DNA from: Blepharisma stoltei ATCC 30299
Lineage: Eukaryota; Protista; Ciliophora
NCBI GenBank assembly: GCA_965603825.1
Contig: CBFDEM010000003.1
Location: 186,001-250,000, forward strand
Length of the DNA: 64,000 bases
Direction of reading: 5' to 3'
Part shown: piece after piece, positions 19,063-30,527 of the stretch
Layout of the letters: every line of letters begins with the position of its first letter
How positions within the stretch are numbered: position 1 is the stretch's first letter
Notes under the pieces: generated by a model
What the model saw: the letters and a program-made list of their open reading frames with translations, nothing else
Told to the model about the DNA's origin: nothing
Database searches by the model: none
Position numbers and translations under genes: made by a program

Positions 19063-20943
19063 TTATGAAAAATAGTTAAATTTAGAGCTCTTTTCTAATA
19101 AAGAAAGCGGATCTTTTGGCATTGTAACTCCTCCAGTTTCAGGCCACTCTTTAGGTAAAATTGGTAAATTAAATATTCCTATATACCAGAGAGGTTCAGC
19201 AAATAATTTTCTGCCCTTGGAAATGACCCAAGGCCGATAAACAGGTGCCAAAAATAAGAAATTTTTCATAAGGATGATATTCATGCCACAGTCTATATGA
19301 ATATTACTCAGGTTTTTATGGATAATGTCAAGCTTTTCAATGCATTCAACATAAAGATCGCTTAGTGCTCGAGGTGTTATTGATGGTGAAATTCTTGCAA
19401 TGATATGGTCAAAATCATAGTCTTCTAAAGTAAATAATTTGGAATCTGGACTCACAGCATCCAGTAGTATCTGAAGAGGAAGAATATCAATTTTTTCAAT
19501 AGGCAGCTGTATTGCTTGCATTATACCAGACCTTAGCGGCTGATAGCTACGTTAAAATTACTTTTGTTCGCCATAAGGAACAAATTGATAAAATCCAATG
19601 GCATCAATTTCTGTAATTAATGCATGCCAAGCCTCCCAATCAGCTTCTGTAAGCAAATGTCTCACATGAATATTTATAGTATTTAATCTCAAAGACGAAT
19701 TTCTTGTGCATTCTAAAGAGCTTAAATCCAATTGCTTATCAGAATACCCCCTTTGGTTTAGAAGGCTTCCACTCAGATTTTTTACAACTATTGGCTCTTT
19801 TGGTATCACGGGGTCAACAACAGCTCCATCTCTATAAACAGGCCTCTGCGGAGGAATATTTAGCACTTTTAGCCAATTTTTCATCATAGAAGTATCCCTT
19901 ATAAGCCAATTCCCATTAGGATCAGTCCCTTCAGACTGAAAAATCAGCATTTCATTTTCTACAATTGCATAAGGATTTATTGCCAAAATAAACTCATTTC
20001 TCAAAGAATCAATAACATAATTATCAGGCAGCAGCAGTGCTTTTACATTATCAGGGACTGGTATTAATTCTTCTTGATTCACAACCTCAAACATTGATTT
20101 GGCTCCAGAAAACTTCTCAATAAAATGGTTTAAATTCGCATCATTGACTTCATATTGTATCAATGAGTCTTCTTCATCACTAGATTCTGCTTGGCTTGGC
20201 TGTATTTCTTCGCTTGGTTTTATGTCTTCTTTAGAAGGCTCATCTTGGTTTTCTTCTGTTTCCTCTTGCTCTTGGGTTTCAGTTATTTCATCTTCATTTG
20301 TGTCTGTAGGGTTGTTTTCTACTGCCAGCTCTTCATTTATAAGAATTGGCTCAGAAGGTAGCTGATTTTTAGGCTCTTCAGGAGCTAGCTCTGGGGCAGT
20401 CATAAAAGAGACTTCTACTTGATATTGGAAAGAATCATTCAAAAATGGAGATAACTGCTCGCTGGATTTCACAAAAAACTCTAGTCCTTTGTCGATTTTT
20501 CTTTCATATGATTCTGGGATCACTCTTGTGCTTCCTTCTGCTTTGATTTCAGCTATACGAGGTTTCATAAACTCAGCCAAAGTAGGTCCACGGCTTTGTT
20601 TTTCTCTGAAATCTTCAAGCTGCTTTTGGTCATATGAGGCAATCGATGATTTCAGTATTGGGTCAAGGTCGCTTTTTAAGCCATATGTGAAAAGGATGTG
20701 CTTTTTAAATTCTGATTTGTCTCCTATAAGTTTCCCGTCAGTAGTAAAAATAATTGGAGATGATCGGGTTTTGAATCCATAGCCATTAATAATTTTATCT
20801 AAAAATGCTTCTCATTCGGTAGGATGCTTCATTATGATGTGGACAGAAACACTTGGAGCGCTCAGTGAGAGTTTTTTGCCAAGGTATTCACAATAAGTGA
20901 AGGCTTGACTTCCAGCTTCTCCTGCGATGATGTAACTACTCAT
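19063..20943 (-). CDS. MDH1B/PPIL6 N-terminal-like domain fused to a degenerate Ap4A phosphorylase (Apa1/2-like) domain
   Basis: ATG 20943: MSSYIIAGEAGS..YCEYLG..KHPTEW(TGA)EAFL..SPIIF..GKLIG..EF; intron 19547-19561; later INPYAIVENEMLIF, GFYQ, MNIILMKNFLFLAP, DPLSLL. Confidence 0.7.
19547..19561 (-). other. 15-nt spliceosomal intron
   Basis: GTAATTTTAACGTAG; removes in-frame TAA and joins two ORF-track fragments. Confidence 0.85.
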
Positions 20944-20990
20944 AATTAAATATGATAAGTTATTTATATTAATATACAAAATTATGAGAT

Positions 20991-23387
20991 TTATGATCTT
21001 CCAGAGCTTTTAGTTCGTCTTAATTTGATAGGTGATGGTGTATTGGAATCGATAGTGCGGGATTCTATTGCAATGATTCGATGGTTTTGCTTTTTAGTTG
21101 ATGCTAATTTTTCACTAGCTAAGAAGGTTTTAGGTTCTCTTGCAGGGACTTTTGGGTGCTTTATCGCGTTTAAGGCAAGTTTTTTCTCTTCAAGCTTTCT
21201 CTTGATATAGCTTAGAGTAATTTCAGCATTTCTTTTAGAAGTTTCTTCTTTTTCGACCTTTTCTTTAAAATTATCAATTTCGCTTTGGTTTTGGCATTTT
21301 TTCAAGTTAATTTCTTCTTTTAAGCGCGTTTCTGTATATAAATTACTTTCTCTTTCTAGCTGCTTGCATGCAGCTTTTTCGTTGCCGATTTTCTGAAATC
21401 ATTCATTTACTTCATTATTTCCTCGGATTGTTTCTTTCTAAATAGCATTCACATTGATTTCTAAGCTTAAAAAATCCAGACTTTTACTGAGCTCAATGCT
21501 AGTTTCTCTATAACTTTTTAGTTCATTTTCTAGCTCAAGAAACCTTTGATATTCAGTATACTTAACTTCTTCGTATTTTTCATTTAGTTTATATAACTTT
21601 TGCATTTGTTCTTCTCTTTCTCTTTTCCTTAATTCAGTCTGCTCTTTGATCTCTTCAATAGCTCTTTCATCAAACTGCATATCTTCAAGCTTATTTTTCA
21701 GTTTTGGAATCAAGTTTTTTATATGAAGCTGCTTATTATGAGCCAAATTTTGCTTAATTTCGTTGAAATACTTGAAATTTATTTGGTTTGCTTCTAAATT
21801 CAGCCTTAAAATATTAGTATTATATCTTGATACTTCGCTAAATAGCTGCCCTGCAATATTTTTGATACTATTTTCTTTGAGATTTAAATCTTCAAGTGTT
21901 CTGTTAATTTTAAATGCATTGGCCAAAGCACATCCTCCTCGGTTTTTTATTTTATTACTGCTTAAGTCAAGTAATTTTAGGTTTTGGTTCCCTGCAATGC
22001 CACTAGCTATAATTTCTATCCCAATATCATCAATATCATTTGAACTTATATCAAGCGATATTAATCCTTTATTTTTTGCTAATCCAGTAAATAGCATATG
22101 GATGCCTTCTGATTTTAATTCGCACCCTGAAAGATTTAAATATTTTAAATGCTCATTTTCTATCAAAAATTGTTGGCAAGATGACGAAAGTCCTGTGGAA
22201 AATGGATTTTTTTCTAGATTCAATGTATGAAGTTGAGTGTTTCCTTTTAGTGAAAAAAATAATTTAGCTAGTCCTTTAGTTCCTATTTCATTTTTCGATA
22301 TATCTAAACTCTCTAAAGGGCAAGGCCCGTCATAGTTTCCAGCAAGCAAAGATGAGATGTAACTGCATCCATCATTTCCTATCCTATTTTGAGAAAATCC
22401 TAGCATTCTTAGTGATGAGGTTGAAATTGATTGAGAAAGCTTGTCCAAACCTTCAGTTCCTAATCCATTATTTGATAGATTCAAAGAAACCAAAGATTGG
22501 TTGTTTCTAAGCCCTTCAATTATATACACTAAGCCATCATTCCCTAATGAAGTTCCACTGATATTTATAAACCCAAGTATGCTGCTTTGTAAAGCTTTTT
22601 GGATTGCTATAGCTCCTAGCACTCCCAGCCTGTTCCTATGCAATGCTTCATTTGAAGATAAATTCAAACTAACTATCGTTGGATGATCCGCTATCAAATT
22701 TATGACTGTTGAAGCTCCTTCCGGGCTAATATCATTGCTACTCATATCTAAATGCACCAAAAATCTATTTTTACATATCAGTTTTGTTAATTCAATAGCG
22801 CCTTCATCTCCCATTTTATTTTTAGCGAGCTCTAAATACGCGAACTCTTCATTATTCAGCAAAATTTCTCCTATTGCTATGGCGCTTTCAACGCCAATTC
22901 CTGACTCATTTAATTCAAACCTTCTATTTTTAAAATGCTTTAAGCAGAAATTGAAAAATATCCTTTCTTGGTCTAAAAGTACTGGAATGAGAAGGTCTTT
23001 GCATCTTGCTTCATAAATTCTATGAAGCTGTAAAGTTGAAAGCCCAGGGACTGATAATTTAACTGGTGAGTTATAAACTTTAGGATAAAGAGAAGAAACT
23101 GAAAGACTTGTAGGCCGACTTGTAGAAATATCTCTATTATCATTCGTTATAATTTTTCTACGCAAAGGTGAGATATTATTTGATCTGGTTGTGCTTTGAT
23201 TGCGAAAATCTGATATAAAGTATGGATTTTTCCGCTTCTTTGAGTTATCTGTGCTTTTTGAGCGAGATTTCTTTGTTGAGGATTCAGAAGTTCCACGGGT
23301 TGAAAAAATGTTTTCAAGCTTGGTTCAAGAAGACTCAACTATAGATTTCGGCTTGTAAGAATCCTTCATTTGGAAGCTGAAACTCAT
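20991..23387 (-). CDS. RNI-like leucine-rich repeat protein with C-terminal coiled coil
   Basis: Many 28-aa LxxLxLxxNxIgxxG repeats; ATG 23387 in frame via TGA=W; intron 21438-21452 and probable intron 21332-21346. Confidence 0.85.
21438..21452 (-). other. 15-nt spliceosomal intron
   Basis: GTGAATGCTATTTAG; removes in-frame TAG. Confidence 0.8.
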
Positions 23388-23667
23388 TAGATTTATTTTT
23401 AAATGGAAGCAAATTAACGAGAGATAAAGTTTGCATAGTTATATGTCTACTAGGCAACTCCATTTTAATAGTTGGATAGGGAAAGGTCGAGTAAGCAGAT
23501 TATAGTTGAAGCCTAAAAATTATGAAGATATATTTTGTAAAAAAATATTCAGACATTGAAATTTTATTATCAAACAAATTAGTGCCAGCATAGTGTAAAT
23601 TAGTTATTAAATTTTCAAAATATAAAATATATCAATAAATTATTAAAAATATAGACCCAGGAAAGCT

Positions 23668-24474
23668 TTAGTCCATTATGACCTCTCCAAGAACTTTTCT
23701 AGACTTTTTTAAAGAAAAATAGAATCTATATAGTTTATAATCCAAAACGAAATAAAGAGAATCTTTATAAATGACAGGATAAGAAAAAATAAACGTTCCA
23801 ATCATCGCTGCGTTTACAAATTGTGACCAGCTATATAAATTAAAAGGATCGCTTTCATAAACATATCCTAATGAGTCAATCACATATGCTCGGTCATTAG
23901 CGACACAATTAACCTTAATTGAGCTTTTAACAAGAGTTTCTAAAGGTAATAAAGAAAAAGAGTCTAATAAAGGATCATATATAAAAGCTTTTGTTTCTCC
24001 AAAGCCTGCTATAATAAATTGGTCTAAAAATATTGCAATTGAGCATGCTCTTCATTTCATTGAATTATTAGCAGATTGTGCTCAGCGGTTACTTGCCAAA
24101 TCAAACCTTTTAGAAAGGCTTAGGCAAGTTCCATTAAAGCCGCCAAATGTATAGATTTGACCATTGTAGTAAATTGCAGATGAAGAGACACATGGAAAGC
24201 CTCTTGATAGCTGCTTAACTCGATAGCTTGAGTCTATAATAAATGTAATCCCAGTGTATTTCCCATTATTAAGTAAATTCCCATAGCAAAAAATTTTATT
24301 TCCAGGAATAATGCACATGCATATTCTATTATCAATGTTTTCAGAAACATTTACAGTGATTTCTTTTTTTGTTAGTTTCTCAATATCCACTGCATTTAAT
24401 CTATTCGTGTGATGAATAAAAATCAATACCTTGTCATAATCATAATTTACTGGAGAAGTCTCTTTATATTCCAT
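23668..24474 (-). CDS. Kelch-type beta-propeller protein
   Basis: IYTFGGFNG..FDLASNRW(TGA), FIIAG..IYDP; fragments join in one frame with TGA=W. Confidence 0.75.
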
Positions 24475-24559
24475 TTTTACTTATTAATGCTCAATGAGTT
24501 TTAAAGTTATTCGAATTTGCGAGACGGCTTCAACGGAATCAGAAAAGGCAAAAAGTAGC

Positions 24560-26615
24560 CTAGAGATCAACATTGAAATTAAAGTCAGGGTTTGGGATAA
24601 AATCATCACCTACATAAGTATACGAGCAAGTATGAGTTCTGACTCATGAGCCATTTTCAGGGTGTTTTTGGATATGGTCTCTATATCTATCATTGCTGAT
24701 AATTACTGCATTTTTATCTTTTCCATACTGCAAGGCATAAGAGTCATCGTAGTCTCATGGTGGGGTCTTTATCAAAAGACCTTTGGAGTCTAAGGTTTTT
24801 AGGATTTCGAATCCGACAGGGATTTTCTTAGCATTTGCCCCAATAAGTTTAAGTTCTTCTACTCTGTCTCCTTGCAGATACTGGTCAGGAACAACAGCTT
24901 TAGCTTCATATCCTTTATTTTGGAAATATTCAATAGCAATTTTAATTCCTTTGCAAGAAAAAGCTCCATTTCCATGCCTTATTGCTACATTAGATCCATC
25001 AATGATTATCAATCTTTTTTCTTCTTTTACTTCTTCAAAAAACAATCCAGCTTGGTCAACGTCAAATCCCAAAGGATCCCAGAATTCGTCCTCTTTTACT
25101 TCTTTTTTCTCTTTAAAATGCTCTAATAAATCATTTATTAACTCACGGGCTATTGTAGCTCTTATAATTTCATACTGATTAACTGGGGCTGGTTCATTTA
25201 AAAAGTCTTTATGGGAAAGATAATAGTCATGCAAAGGTAAAAATCCAATGGATCTTGCATCTTCTGGGAGTAAAAGATGAAGGTTTAAAGCACAATCAGA
25301 ATCAGGAATTGAAAAAAAAGTAAGCATTAAGGTCTCTAAGTCTTCTTTTAATGAAGGGGTAAGAAGAAGCTTAGGAAGGTCACGATACGAGTTAATTCAG
25401 TATAAAAATATAAGAACTGCACCAAGCCACGATGATGACCAATTTTCTATTTTCTGCACAATTCTATGCATAAACTGGCTAAAATACTCAAAAACTTGGG
25501 TTGCAGATCCAGGCAAAATTCCAGAAAACAAACTTGGATCATGATTTACCAAATTTTGAAGCTCTCTATAGTCCTTTACAGTAATATGGACCGTGAAAAT
25601 TCACAGTTGAACCATGCTGACCAGCAAATTCGAATATTGTTCTGCATTTTCTTTCCTGCCCAGAAAAACGTCCATATTTTCCAAGCAGCATCTCATTAGA
25701 AAAGTAACATCATCAGTGTTCACCCCAGTCAAATAAACCCCTTGGATTTTTAAAAATGATAAGCAAAAGCTGATATACCAAGAAGGCTGAGACGATACCT
25801 TCACTAATGCTTGATGCTGATCCCATCTAGCCCTAAGTTCGTCATATATATTAAATAGCTGCTCTCTACAACTTATAGGCTCACTAGTTGATAAGGCTCG
25901 TGAGAGGCCATAAACTGCTCCAAATAAGTCGCCAGTTCATTGATGGAATACTACAATAAACCTTACATCCTAATAATTCGTGAGTTCTGCCTGAAAATGA
26001 GTAAATTTTTAAAGACCTGTTCAAAAAATCCCTCACATCTTTTTGGATACTTTTATCTTGCTTTCCTTTCAGTTTCAAAGTTTCCGCTACTGCAACTAGC
26101 AGCCTTCCCAGCATTTTCCTTGCAATGGCATCAGGCAAATGAGGCTCTTTTAATGGCTCAAAAGTTTTTCATGCTTGTTTTATCATATTCCCCAAGCTTT
26201 CCTTATTTTTCAACAGCATGCTCTCAAAATTTTGCTTTAAGCTGCCATTTGACTTTTGCAATTCTTGTTCTGCCCTCTTGATTTCTTTTTTAATCAGCGT
26301 CCAAAAGCGTTCGTCGATTTGCTTTTGCTGGATCATCTGAAGCATGGAGGACCGGCACATGATTTGCATGAGGACTTCTACGATTTTTCGTTTTGGGTTG
26401 GTGAAGCTTGTGTGCTCCTGCAAGACAATAGAAGCATTGGTTCTGCCTTCAAGGGTGGATTTCAATTCATTTTCATATGTTTTAAAGCGCTTATAAAGGT
26501 CGTTGTCAGAAAGTCTGATTATGTCTTCAGAAGGATCTTGCTGAGTTTGGTGAAAATGAGGATGAGGTTGATTCTGCTGAAATTTCTCAAAGACATTCTT
26601 GCTGCTTATAGCCAT
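24560..26615 (-). CDS. SMG6L: SMG6-like NMD nuclease: EST1/TPR domain + NYN (Zc3h12a-type) RNase domain
   Basis: After intron 25951-25966: SGRTHELLG..GDLFGAVYGLSRAL..EP (EST1 TPR), LPED..IGFLPL; C-terminal IIDGSNVA..DYDDSY..IISNDRYRD..DDFIP (NYN). Confidence 0.8.
25951..25966 (-). other. 16-nt spliceosomal intron
   Basis: GTAAGGTTTATTGTAG; restores frame in the EST1 domain. Confidence 0.8.
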
Positions 26616-27131
26616 AATTTATAAGAACGTGGAAATTTTAATTTAAATAGTGTAGAGGTTTGTTAGGGGTTGCAGCTTGTAAGAAAATTTAATAAAAATA
26701 AGAATTCAAATGTTGGAATAAATCGAATTTGAGAATGAGCATTATTTATATAGATTTTGTTTATTTATAAACTAAAAATCGATCTTTTGGCATGCAATTC
26801 TCTTTCCTTATTGAGAACAATTTAAAATTTCAAAAAATTATACAAATTTTTATATTGGATTATATATAATAGTTTGAAAGATTTTATTAACAAATTTTTT
26901 TAATTCTCTATTTATTTTGATTTTATCTGCAAAATCTAAATAAAATCAATCGTCATATCAATTGTTTTATTCATAATATGTAAGTCATTCAAGATATTTT
27001 ACAATTTCTCTACTTTTGAACTTTATCTCTTAAATTTTCCATGAATATTTCATCAAATAATATCGCATCGTTTGATTTCATCAAATATACAAAAATAATG
27101 TAAATGATCGCAGTATCTTAGATAACCAAAA

Positions 27132-28094
27132 ATGGAAAGAACGGTGCCTATTAAAGCTCGCGTCAATGATCAACTGGTAACAATTGACAGTCTTCCAACA
27201 TCATGGGAAGACTTGCTAAATGCTATCCATCATCTTGGCCATGCTATTAATTTCACCGTCTTTTGGAATGACCACCCTATCACAAACAAACGAGAATTAG
27301 CTCTAGCTTATCTAAATAACAAAGGTGACGAAATCATATTTGAAGCCAAACAAAATCCAAACCCTATGACAAGTATGGATGAGTCGGTAAAAGCAGACTA
27401 CGATAATATGATTTCTCAATTCACCCGATTCTCCACAAGTGATGAGGCCCCTTCTGAGCCATTGACTCTTCAAAACGGAATTCTATCCAAAGAAAATTTG
27501 CTGATGGTTGTTAGAAGTCTCACCTTAAAAGCCAAAGACAAGCTATTTGAAAGTGGCAGAAAATTCATTGAAAAAAGGCAAGAATTCTATGGAACTGATG
27601 AAGAAAAATATAGATCTGTCGTAATGGAGCAGCTTCAATTCCAAGAACTTTTAATATTGACTTGTTCAGCTGAAACCTTCAAAAAGCATGGAATTCCTTC
27701 AGAAGCTTTTGATAACTCAGTAAGAACTTATCAAAATGACGCTGATGTAAAAGAAGCTATTGAAAATATGTCAATTGAAGCTATTCAAGGATCTGGAGAC
27801 GTTCCTGAAGGCTTAACTGAAGAGAAATTGAAAGAAATGCTCTTTTACTCATGCGATTTTATCAATCAGTATTTGGCTGCACATCCTTTGACGAATCCAA
27901 TGGAAGTTATGGTTCTCAAATCAAGGGAGTCTGATGAGGTTCTTAAGAGGTTTGGCTTTGATGAGTTACAAATTTCTGCAGCAATGACTAAATATGATAT
28001 AGAAAAAAACCCAAATTTTGAAGATATAAGAAAAAAGCTTAATGAAGTCACAACTAAAATTTTTGGTTTTAACCCAAGTGAAATGCCTAGATAA
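27132..28094 (+). CDS. Hypothetical protein, PB1-like N-terminus plus helical domain (320 aa)
   Basis: Uninterrupted ORF; N-terminal IKA..SWEDLL..I..F.VFW..ITN..EL..AY pattern resembles the PB1/ubiquitin fold (weak). Confidence 0.75.
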   Translation: MERTVPIKARVNDQLVTIDSLPTSWEDLLNAIHHLGHAINFTVFWNDHPITNKRELALAYLNNKGDEIIFEAKQNPNPMTSMDESVKADYDNMISQFTRFSTSDEAPSEPLTLQNGILSKENLLMVVRSLTLKAKDKLFESGRKFIEKRQEFYGTDEEKYRSVVMEQLQFQELLILTCSAETFKKHGIPSEAFDNSVRTYQNDADVKEAIENMSIEAIQGSGDVPEGLTEEKLKEMLFYSCDFINQYLAAHPLTNPMEVMVLKSRESDEVLKRFGFDELQISAAMTKYDIEKNPNFEDIRKKLNEVTTKIFGFNPSEMPR

Positions 28095-28124
28095 TATTAG
28101 ATTTTTATAAGTAAGGTTATAAAT

Positions 28125-28751
28125 ATGAGGTCAAAGAGCACAAATTTGAGCCAAATTACACTACATGGAAATGAAAAGCCGATCCCAAAAACAATTAATC
28201 TGAATCAAATGCATTTTCACCAGTTTAAACATTTGAATTATACAGGGAATTTGGACATGACGCCTTATAAAGATATTAGTCAGTTTTATTGCCGTGATAT
28301 ATACGGTCATATCTCTGTTCCTGCATGGCCATATACTACCCCGAAGCCAGCATTGAGCCAAAAGAGCGTTAAAGAAATGCCAATTCAGTTAGTCGCTAGT
28401 AAAGCTGAGCAAACGGTTTCACTGTTTCAGTCTAATAGGAAAATAAGCTTACCTAGCATTAAGTCAAAAGGATCGTTATTTAAGGATTCGTTTAATATCG
28501 AAAATAAGGATATCGAAAGATCTCTTTATTTTTCAAGAAAGCCAAGATATACGGATTTTCAGCCTTATAATTTGGAAGATTTCAAAAAAATAAATCCAAA
28601 AAATTACCTAATGCTTGGTGGCCTTGGACCAGTAAATGTTGGCCGAGATGAATGGGTGAAAAACACTAAAAAGGCAAAACTTGTAAAAGATTATAGCAAA
28701 TCTGTTAGAGATCTAAATATAAAATTCGAAGCTGATAATATATCAAATTAA
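28125..28751 (+). CDS. JHY-domain ciliary protein
   Basis: FQPYNLEDFKK..LGGLGP..K..K..DYSKSV..LN resembles the Jhy C-terminal motif. Confidence 0.65.
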   Translation: MRSKSTNLSQITLHGNEKPIPKTINLNQMHFHQFKHLNYTGNLDMTPYKDISQFYCRDIYGHISVPAWPYTTPKPALSQKSVKEMPIQLVASKAEQTVSLFQSNRKISLPSIKSKGSLFKDSFNIENKDIERSLYFSRKPRYTDFQPYNLEDFKKINPKNYLMLGGLGPVNVGRDEWVKNTKKAKLVKDYSKSVRDLNIKFEADNISN

Positions 28752-29026
28752 TCAGTTGTTAAAAATATTATGTCGAAAAATTAACTCGAGTGTATTTTAT
28801 TGACTAAACGACAAGAATGGGATTTTATTTCTTTTTTAACTGGTTTTTGAAGTCAAGTAATTTATTAATTAAATAAAAAGAAAACTATAAGATTTTATTG
28901 AATTTAAGAAACTAGTTTGAATTAAATTTGTTTTTTTGCAATACAAAAGTATATTAATTTTCTCAATAATTAAATTATATGCCATAAGCAATTAAATTTA
29001 ATAAGAAAATATAAAAATTATTAAAA

Positions 29027-29465
29027 ATGGAAACTCAAGTATTATCCCAACTTTCTGCTTCAAATGAATCCCTAGAAAAGTCTATTAAAGAATTTCAAGC
29101 AATTGAAAAATATTGTAAATTTTATTTAAGATTCATCGCAAAACGAGTCATTAGAAAAAATTACTTTAAATTTAGAAGATCACAAATCTATAATGAACCA
29201 AATAAAAGCAATCAACTTTTTAGAATCAACTCAGCTTGGTATCAACTAATTAGCAACAGAAAATCTGTTAATCTATAAAGATTCAATTAAAAATCTCGAA
29301 AACACATGTGTAAACACTAAACAGTCAAACAACATGAAGTTTCTTGAAGACGAAAGAATAAATAAAGAAAGCACGCTTAATAAAATCAGAGAAGATATAG
29401 AAATGAAAAGAATTGAATTAAAAAATTCATATAAGTCAGGGATCAAAAAGATATTTAAGCAGTAA
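29027..29465 (+). CDS. Small coiled-coil hypothetical protein
   Basis: Open frame after removing introns 29115-29130 (GTAAATTTTATTTAAG) and 29239-29253 (GTATCAACTAATTAG); possible third intron 29310-29324. Confidence 0.6.
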
Positions 29466-29511
29466 ATACATTTAATCTATTAGAATAGTTTATCCTGTAC
29501 ATTTAATAAAA

Positions 29512-30507
29512 CTAAGTGAAACTTTTCTTTACAGTTTTCGTTCTTGGTGGAGTTACAGGCCTTCCTACATTAAGTCCTCCATAGTTGAATTTCTGTTTTT
29601 TCTCTGAAGGCCTTAGAATTTGAAAGCTGCACATTAAACTGTCATCAACGCTCATTATGCCTCCAGCATTATCAAACTCTCCACAGTAATTTGGAGCTGA
29701 GAATACTGTAACAAGTTGCCTTTGGGCAAAAAATTCATATCCGTCTTCTACAACTTGATGTGCTCTGCAAATCAGGTCTAAGTCATGTCTCCTCAAAAAA
29801 TTTGATACAATATCAGCTCCAAATGTAAAAGAAACGCCTCTGTCATTTTCTCCCCACCCTTGCACATCCTTATCAGGATCACTTCATAATAAATCGCATA
29901 ATAGCCCAGTATCTGGGACATCAGTAGGCCGAATAATCCTTCTAATTTGATCGATAGAAGAAAGTTCAGGAGAAAGTCCTCCATGCATGCAAAGTATTTT
30001 GTCGTCAACAATTGCAGCGATTGGGAGACAATTAAAGCAGTCGATGAAGGTTTTTCATATTTTTATGTTGTATCGTCTTTTGCATTCATCATAAAATCCA
30101 TAAATACGATTGATACTCGCACATTCATGATTTCCTCTAAGTAAAAAAAAGTTTTCCGGGTATTTTATTTTATAAGCCAGAAGCAAACATATGGTTTCTA
30201 AACTCTGCTTCCCACGGTCTACATAATCTCCTAATAATAGGTAATTCGACTCTGGAGGGAACCCGCCTTGTTCAAAAAGCCGCAATAAATCGTTATATTG
30301 TCCATGGATGTCTCCACAAATTCTCATCGGTGCAGATAGTTCCAGAAGAATCGACTGTGACATAAAGATTTCTCTTGATTTCATACAAAGATTCCTAACT
30401 TCTTGCTCTGTCAAATTCACTTGTTTTCCAGGCCGAAAAGCTCGAACTTCAATAAGTCTGTCGATGATACTTTCTAAATCAAGATCAGGAGGGTTATTAG
30501 CTACCAT
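29512..30507 (-). CDS. PPP1C: Ser/Thr protein phosphatase 1 catalytic subunit
   Basis: [28 protein letters not shown]; conserved Trp in KIWK and DLLWSDP are TGA (30055-57, 29884-86). Confidence 0.97.
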
Positions 30508-30527
30508 TTTAATATTTCAAATGAAAA

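Noticed and set aside
21763-23016. Long antisense ORFs opposite the LRR gene (and similar ones opposite MetRS, CCDC162-like and others)
   Set aside because: Shadow ORFs from codon bias of the real gene; Ser/Phe/Leu-rich with no motifs
26661-26668. TGTTAGGG, the reverse complement of the heterotrich telomere unit CCCTAACA
   Set aside because: Single 8-mer with no tandem array; compatible with chance
29512-30507. PP1 and many other genes appear to be pseudogenes with internal stops
   Set aside because: All internal stops are TGA at Trp positions or lie inside consensus tiny introns
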